The notes below the pieces were generated by a model. The model was not told the DNA's origin. It was given only the letters and a program-made list of their open reading frames with translations, and made no database searches. A stretch of 41,426 bases of DNA from Octopus bimaculoides. Its lineage: Eukaryota. The position numbers and the translations under genes were made by a program. Location of the stretch: contig NC_068983.1 in the NCBI RefSeq assembly GCF_001194135.2, positions 111,494,882 through 111,536,307 of the forward strand. The letters are read 5' to 3'. Shown here in pieces: positions 34,377-41,426 of the stretch. Position 1 is the stretch's first letter. Each line of letters starts with the position of its first letter.

Positions 34377-34942
34377 GATAAACAACTAACATATATTTTT
34401 GAAACTATCTCATTGCTATATTTTGACTGGTAAAGCTGCTGATGGTAAAAATCAATAGAATGTCAGACAACTAGAGAGAGTCAGTGGTTTATATCCAGTC
34501 ACTAGGACAGGAATATGTCAATGGCTAAGACAGATAACTCTAAATGGCACAGTTAACCTCACTGCAAGTACATTCAATAAGATGACACAATAATTCATGA
34601 GCTGAGAAACTATATAGTTAATTAGACTTTTGTTTGTACATACTGCTAAATTGTACTTCTAAATTTCTAGATTATCAGAGTTGCTCCATTGAGACTAGGT
34701 AATGCTTCTACGCAGCAATTTATTTGGGGGTTTGACATATTTTTTATTGTAATGTGCACAGAATCACTGGTGACATGAATTGCATTATTTTGAATATATC
34801 TTAATTACAATGTTTTGCATATCTCATTCATGTCTTGACTGTATATGTCCTTTACATTCTTTGGCTAAGAGAGAATTAGCTGTAGCATTGTTTTATTGAT
34901 GTGAACTTTTCCATTTAATGTATCAATATCTACTTTTTAATA

Positions 34943-35385
34943 AGATGGTGACCTGGCAGAACAGTGAGCACACTGGGAAAAATGCTTAGTGGCAGTTTGT
35001 TCAGCATTATGTTCTAAGTTCAAATTCCACAGAGGTTGACTTAGTAGCTTGGTGGTTAGGTGGTTGGACTCATGATCGTAAGACTGTGATTTCAATTCCT
35101 GAACCAAGCAATGTGCTGTGCAAGACACTTCCTTACACATTGCTCCAGTCCACCCAGTAATCCTGTGATGGACTGGTGTCCCATCCAGGTGGGGAATATA
35201 TGTGCCATAGAAACCAGGAAACTGGTCCTTATGAGGTAACATGACTCAAGAAGATATCTTTGTTTTTTGAGGTCAACTTGGCTTTACGTAAGTACCAGTT
35301 AAGCACTGGGGTTGACGTAATTGACTTACCCTCTTCCCTGAAATTGTTGGCCTTGTCACAGAATTTGAAACAATATCTACTTTGA
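34943..35385 (+). mobile_element. Old family A-like SINE interrupted by a family D-like SINE
   Basis: GGTGACCTGGCAGAA...GTTCAAATTCCACAGAGGTTGACTT [insert] GAGGTCAACTTGG...AAGTACCAGTTAAGCACTGGGGT. Confidence 0.75.
35043..35268 (+). mobile_element. Family D-like SINE nested in family A
   Basis: tRNA-like head, GCAAGACACTT domain, and degenerate 11-bp TSD GAGGTTGACTT (35032-35042) / GAGGTCAACTT (35269-35279). Confidence 0.7.
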
Positions 35386-35477
35386 GATATTCTGGACTGC
35401 TGGTTATGAGATACTTTAAACAAAATGTGCGCATATATGTATTTGTGTATTTGTGCATGTTTATGTATGTGCATGTT

Positions 35478-35508
<31 letters not shown>

Positions 35509-36539
35509 ATAGATATATGTTGTTGAGGTGTGGGAGCATCATTCTGCCTATAAAGAAGCATGCACACTAAATAAGTGTGTACTAGAATAAAGTAGGGGCA
35601 CAGTGGACATGTCTTTGATAAGGTCAGAGGATGTGATAAAAGAATCTTGGTAAACCAATTTGTGAAATACAACTGACATATGTTAAGAAAGAGATGGAGG
35701 CAGAGACTCATAACACAGAGGACAACTATGAATTATGAAACATCCTACCACAGGGCACAGACCAGATGTGTGAATGAAGAAGTTTCCAGCAAGATAGAAT
35801 GTGACATAATAGTGGAATAGTACAGTAAATAGTAAGCAGAAACAAATATACTAAAAAAGATAAGCCTGGAAAGATTGAGAAAAGTGTAAAGCAAGAAACA
35901 ATTTCAATTAGCTGGAATAGAATCTCGGCATCAAGTATGCAGTCTTAGGAGAGAAGATGAAAGTAAGAGATTTGCTAATGTTCTGTTGTATGTGGTTTAG
36001 GTAGTTCAGGAGCAGGGTTGGTTTTAAACTAATTTGACAGATTTATTCTTGAGTAAAGATGCTATGATGAATTTTTAGTATATCATTTTAGCTAATGGTG
36101 AAGCCTCAAGCCCTCAATGCTTTTTGACTGGCATACTACACAAAGCATAAAGCATCAACCTTCTGCTTTTATAGAGTAGAGGACCCCACTGACAATTCTC
36201 TAATTGGGCCCTGCACTTTCTAGTGCCAACCCCATTCAGAAGTGTGGGTGTGTAATGTTTCATATTGCAATGCAGCAAGTCAGTATAAGAACATTGTCAG
36301 GGAAAAAGGGTGTATGGACTGAGAGCAGTGGGCTAATAACTATTCTTAGTTTAGCACTGTAGCCAGTCTAAGGATGGAGTGGATAAACTTCAGAGAACTA
36401 TTACCTCTCTCACTAAGGGAAGGATCTCTCTCTCTTCCTCCCTACCTCCCTACCTCACCCTCCTACTGTCTGTGTCTCCCTCCTTCCCTCCCTTCCTCAC
36501 TCACCCCTCCCACTATCTGTCCCCCCTCTCTCTCTGTCT

Positions 36540-36910
36540 TCCTCTCACTCTCTTTGACAGTATGGCAAATAGTAGGAAGTTTATGTATGAAGTGTGAATG
36601 CAGTGGAAACATAAAGACTGGAAAGAAATGACATGAATATGTTTCTCTTGATGCATGATATTAGTGCATGTGGTTGCACTGACAAAGCACAAATAAGGCT
36701 GTTGCCAGTACCTCCTGTCTGGCCTTCATACCAGTGGCATGAAAAAGCACCCACTACACTCTCGGAGTGGTTGGTGTTAGGAAGGGCATTCAGCTGTAGA
36801 AACTCTGCCGAATCAGATTGGAGACTGGTGTAGCCATCTGGTTCACCAGTCCTCGGTCAGATCATCCAACCCATGCTAGCATGGAAAGTGGACATTGAAC
36901 GATGATGGTG
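36540..36910 (+). mobile_element. Family E LINE-like 3' end
   Basis: GCACCCACTACACTCTCGGAGTGGTTGG...CCATGCTAGCATGGAAAGTGGAC...GATGATG, matching 23573-23797 in reverse. Left boundary approximate. Confidence 0.8.
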
Positions 36911-37118
36911 ATCTTGAAGCAAAGAGCAAAACTTGTTATAATAGAGGTAAAATGTTGTGTGCAAGAGAGAAGACTGTGCTGGAATGGAGATGCACATGGA
37001 GGAAAAGAATTCTGTAAAGAAGCACCAAGAACCTAAGGGAAAGGAATTTATAGAATAAGACTGAAGACAATGGGGACAATGAGGTCATAATTAGTGAAAG
37101 CTGATCTTTGGAGGCTGC

Positions 37119-37505
37119 GTTGTTGTTGGCACTCCATCGCTTATGACATCAAGGGTTCCAGTTGATCCGATCAACGGAACAGCCTGCTCGTGAAATTAAC
37201 GTGCAAGTGGCTGAGCACTCCACAGACACGTGTACCCTTAACGTAGTTCTCGGGAATATTCAGCGTGACACAGTGTGACAAGGCTGACCCTTTGAATTAC
37301 AGGCACAACAGAAACAGGAAGTAAGAGTGAGAGAAAGTTGCAGTGGAAGAGTACAGCAAGGTTCACCACCATCCCCTACCAGAGCCTCGTGGAGCTTTTA
37401 GGTGTTTTCGCTCAATAAACACTCACAATGCCCAGTCTGAGAATCGAAACCACGATTCTATGACCGCGAGTCCGATGCCCTAACCACTGGGCCATTGCGC
37501 CTCCA
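37119..37505 (-). mobile_element. Full-length SINE family C with 13-bp TSD
   Basis: CTTTGGAGGCTGC at 37106-37118 and 37506-37518. Minus-strand head GTGGAGGCGCAATGGCCCAGTGGTTAGGGC...GGTTTCGATTCTC. Confidence 0.93.
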
Positions 37506-37799
37506 CTTTGGAGGCTGCATACCACACAGAAAGTCACAAAAATGGCAACAAGTGGTGAGAAGCAATGCAAAAAAAATATGGTCAATTGAATCTAGCATCG
37601 AAAGGCAGACATAAATATCGAAGACAGATGTGTGGCTTGTATGTAGGTAGGTTGGTTGGTTTGTTGGTTGACTTGTTAGTTAGTCAGCTAGTCAATTGGT
37701 TAGTTGGCTGGTATGTAGATAATTCTCAGATGAATTATCTCACAGAAATCCCTGATAGAAAAGTGGAAGTTGAAACATCTTATCTGGATTGTAAGGAAA

Positions 37800-38140
37800 T
37801 ATTAAATATAATATATGTATAATTATATGTGCACATGGGTATGTGTGAGTATATATATTTGTATAAACATACATATATATATATATACATATATATATAC
37901 ATACATGTATACACACACACACACATATATATATGTATATATATATATATAAATATATATATATATACGAATATATATGCATACATACAGATATGTGTGT
38001 GTGTGTGTATACATATGCATTGGTATATATATATATATATATATGTATATGGTGTGCAAAGATATACATACGTACATGTGTATACATATTTATGTATGTG
38101 TGTATGTATGCTTGTGAGTGTGTGTGAGTGTGTGGCAAGC
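37800..38140. repeat. (TA)/(TG)/(CA)n compound microsatellite
   Basis: Read directly from the sequence. Confidence 0.92.
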
Positions 38141-39007
38141 GGGGTGATTTTTTTTCTTTTTTTCTTTTTCTTTTCTTGTTCTGCAATCATGAAACAGACT
38201 GAATAAGTCATCTAAAGATGTAATTTATATACTTTTTGATAAAAACAGATATACAATCCCCATTCCTCATTTTCACATCGTTCATTTAAACTAAAATGTG
38301 AGTGTGTGCATGCATGCACATCTGTATGTGTGCACGTGTGCATGCACATGTGTGTGTGTGCATGCGTGATTATGTGTGTAAATTTCTAGTAACATCTATA
38401 ACACTCTATAAAAGCATATTCTCCAAAACCCGCAAAAAGCGAAAATCCATCAACTAGATTTTCAGTTTATGAAACAAAGTTATGTCCACTGTCACTGTAC
38501 ATAATTAATGTCAGTTAATAGCAGTTCGGATATATAATTATTTCTAAAATGCTGAGCAGACATTCTAGATGAATTCAATGGTTGTAACATAATGTTATAT
38601 GTGGCTCAATACAATTATGTATATAATTATGCTTGATGTCTCTGTGTCTGTTCATAAGTAAGATTTATAGAGGCATCGTTTTTAAAGTATCATTTTCTTC
38701 CTTTTTCTGATTTTGTTTATGTTCTTTTTATTCTCAGTTTATGTTTTAGTTGTGATTATGTAACTCTTATTTTCTTTCTATTTGCATACACTGTTTCATG
38801 TTGAGCTATGAATTCTGTCTCTATCTAACAGATTTGGCTGCAAAATAGCAATCATCATCAGCATCGGTGTTGTCGCTATATTATCATCACAGGCATCATT
38901 TTCATCGTGATCTTCTTTGTTGTCTTACGTTGCTTTGTAGTTCACAGATATTGTTGTGGCAGTCGCTGTCACCAAGAGGAGTTTTAACAGCACGCACATT
39001 TTACATC

Positions 39008-39010
39008 ATT

Positions 39011-39051
<41 letters not shown>

Positions 39052-39625
39052 TTTCTTTTCTTTCTTTCTTTCTTTCTTTCTACTACTAGTACTACTACTA
39101 CTACTACAAAACACTAAACGACTCACTATCATTTTATCATCACCAGCATCGCCATCATCATCATCATCATTGTCGTTGTCCAAAAGTAGTAGCAGCAGCA
39201 GCAGTATACTTAGAAACCATATGACTTGTCATTTTCAGTACCAGTAACAGTAACGTCAATGACACATAATCTCTTCTGCCTTTTTCATCACAATCCTCCT
39301 TCTCATCATCATCATTGTCATTGCGATTGTCCTCATCATCGGCATCGTCATCATCATCTTCATCATCACCATCGTTATCGTCATCATCATCATCATCGGC
39401 ATCGTTATCACCATCTTCATCATCGCCATCGTTATCGTCATCATCATCATCATCGGCATCGTTATCACCATCTTCATCATCGCCATCGTTATCGTCATCA
39501 TCATCAGTCTTAAAGAACATCGTCATTGTTATCATTGGAGTTGTCATTGTCACCATCATCAAAATCATCAGTCATAATGATCAATGTCGTTGCTGTCGTC
39601 ATCATCATCATCATCATCATCAACC

Positions 39626-39688
<63 letters not shown>

Positions 39689-39709
39689 ATCATCATCATC
39701 ATCATCATC

Positions 39710-39743
<34 letters not shown>

Positions 39744-39790
39744 TCCTCATCACCATCATCGTTAACGACAACAACAACAACATCAATGCT
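39008..39790. repeat. (TTTC)n, (CTA)n and long (CAT)n arrays, with a 57-bp higher-order repeat at 39370-39505
   Basis: Read directly from the sequence. The 57-bp unit starts at 39370, 39427 and (partially) 39484. Confidence 0.92.
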
Positions 39791-40043
39791 GTTAGCCACT
39801 ATTTCCTCATAAATGACTAATTTGAGATAGGGAGCTTAGTAATTCATTGAAACCACATCAAAATTATTTCTGTTTCTCATTTTATTGATAAAGTCTGCAT
39901 CCACAAACTGCTCAACCAATCAAATGCCAAATTCACATTTCACAAGAGTTCTGTATCTAGTATACAACATGTGCATGGCTATAGCTGAGGAACTGAATCT
40001 TTTAAAGTAAATCACATGTTCAGCAGCATACAGTCTATATATG

Positions 40044-40118
<75 letters not shown>

Positions 40119-40142
40119 AGAGAGAGAGCGAGAGAGAGAGAG

Positions 40143-41016
40143 AGAGGATGCGGTGAATAAACTGTCGTCTAAATTACACAGAAAGGAAAAAACATTGACA
40201 TCTCATTTTAATAGATATATTTACCAAAAATGCATTAAAATATCTTGAAATACTAAAGAGTAAATTTATTCAATAAAATCGCCATTGGCTTCAACTACAG
40301 CTTCCAGATAACTTTGGAATCTCCTGCAACTCTTCTGGATGGTCTCCTTGTTTAAGTTGGCGAATGTTGTCATGATCCATGCCTTCAGTTCATCTTTGGT
40401 GCTACTAGGGGTTTTTTGTTGGTCACTCGCTCAACTGTGCCCCACACATAATAATTAAGGGGGTTGCAGTCTGGGGAGTTAAGTGGCCAGATGTTAGGGG
40501 TGATGTGTTTGCAGAAATTATCTAATAGCCATGACTGGGTTCTCCTGTTTGTGTAGCATGGTGCAGACTCCTGTTGCCAGATATAGAGTCTTCCAGCAGC
40601 CTACCTCTTGACCCAGGGCAGCACTACCTCTTCTATGCACTTGATGAGTCTGAAGCCTGTGCAAAGATAAATGAAGGCATAACGTCACCATCACTAGTGA
40701 TCACTCCAAACACCCTGATGTTGACTGGATGTTTGATTTTTATCACTCTTGGTACAAGTCCTCAGATTGCACTGTCCTCAGACTGACACCCAAACAATCT
40801 GAAATGTTCATATTGGAGCTTTCGGCACAAATGCCAAGTAGTATAGCATGTCATTTCCTACTTTCTGACAGAGTGAATTGCATCATGGTGCTGTTTTCTC
40901 TCAGACGGTGCCCAGCAGGCCCTACCATACTACCTAGTCAACAAAATCCAAAAGAAACAATGTGCATGCACAAAATTATAGGCATAAAATAGTGACAATT
41001 TACCCATTGCAACCTG
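40143..41016 (-). mobile_element. Internally deleted DD37D Tc1/mariner element (second family)
   Basis: Right end ...GTGACAATTTACCCATTGCAACCTG|TA. The left TIR is decayed, so that boundary is approximate. The N-terminus joins directly to the catalytic domain near 40765. Confidence 0.85.
40266..40886 (-). pseudogene. DD37D transposase remnant
   Basis: VFGVITSDGDVMP...LPWVKR*AAGRLYIWQQESAPC...IWPLNSPDCNPLNYYVWG...VEANGDFIE*. 37-residue spacing, with catalytic D2->E and D3->N. Confidence 0.88.
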
Positions 41017-41018
41017 TA

Positions 41019-41131
<113 letters not shown>

Positions 41132-41139
41132 TCTTCTTT

Positions 41140-41365
41140 TTTTATTTTTACTTGTTTCAGTCATTTGACTGCAGCCATGCTGGAGCACCACTTTCAAGGG
41201 ATTTTACTCAAAGAAATCGACCCAAGGACTTATTCTTTGTAAGCCTAGTAAGCCTAGTATCAATGTCTTTTGCTGAACCACTAAGCTATGGGGACGTAAA
41301 CACAAACATTGGTTGTCAAGTGACAGGTTGGGACACAAACACAGGCACAAAGACACAAACACGTG
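41140..41365 (-). mobile_element. SINE family B, 3' half
   Basis: TTTTTACTTGTTTCAGTCATTTGACTGCAGCCATGCTGGAGCACC..., as at 11813-12050. Confidence 0.85.
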
Positions 41366-41377
41366 AATATATATATC

Positions 41378-41426
<49 letters not shown>

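Noticed and set aside
35518-35715. TGTT...AACA segment with TATAAA and AATAAA, resembling a solo LTR
   Set aside because: No target-site duplication and no interrupted host element to define boundaries.
38833-38990. Strong-looking acceptor (CTATCTAACAG) followed by a hydrophobic, TM-like reading frame
   Set aside because: The sequence is decayed (CAT)/(TGT) repeat, frames close quickly, and there is no donor.

Overview
AT-rich eukaryotic, repeat-dense, essentially non-coding DNA with 8 assembly gaps. The interspersed repeats look like the tRNA-derived SINEs and companion elements of coleoid cephalopods, most likely Octopus; this is recognised from sequence, not searched. No intact host protein-coding gene is supportable, and nearly all listed ORFs are microsatellite, gap or transposon artefacts. 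Contents: two decayed DD37D (maT-type) Tc1/mariner elements; a 5'-truncated Penelope-like element (PLE; RT thumb + GIY-YIG); several RTE/LINE fragments, one ending in two C2H2 fingers; a solo-LTR-like insert; TTAA- and TA-flanked MITEs; about 20 SINE/LINE-tail copies, here called families A-E and often nested with visible target-site duplications; and many microsatellites. The most interesting signal is a set of five hammerhead-ribozyme-like motifs from about four families, one with a complete canonical core at 8286-8343. One family ties the PLE at 27.3-28.4 kb to a non-coding hairpin element at 7.15-7.59 kb that has back-to-back tRNA-like Pol III boxes plus a hammerhead. There are also two local inverted duplications (210 and ~320 bp arms, ~1 kb spacers) and a ~375-bp foldback element split by a later insertion.
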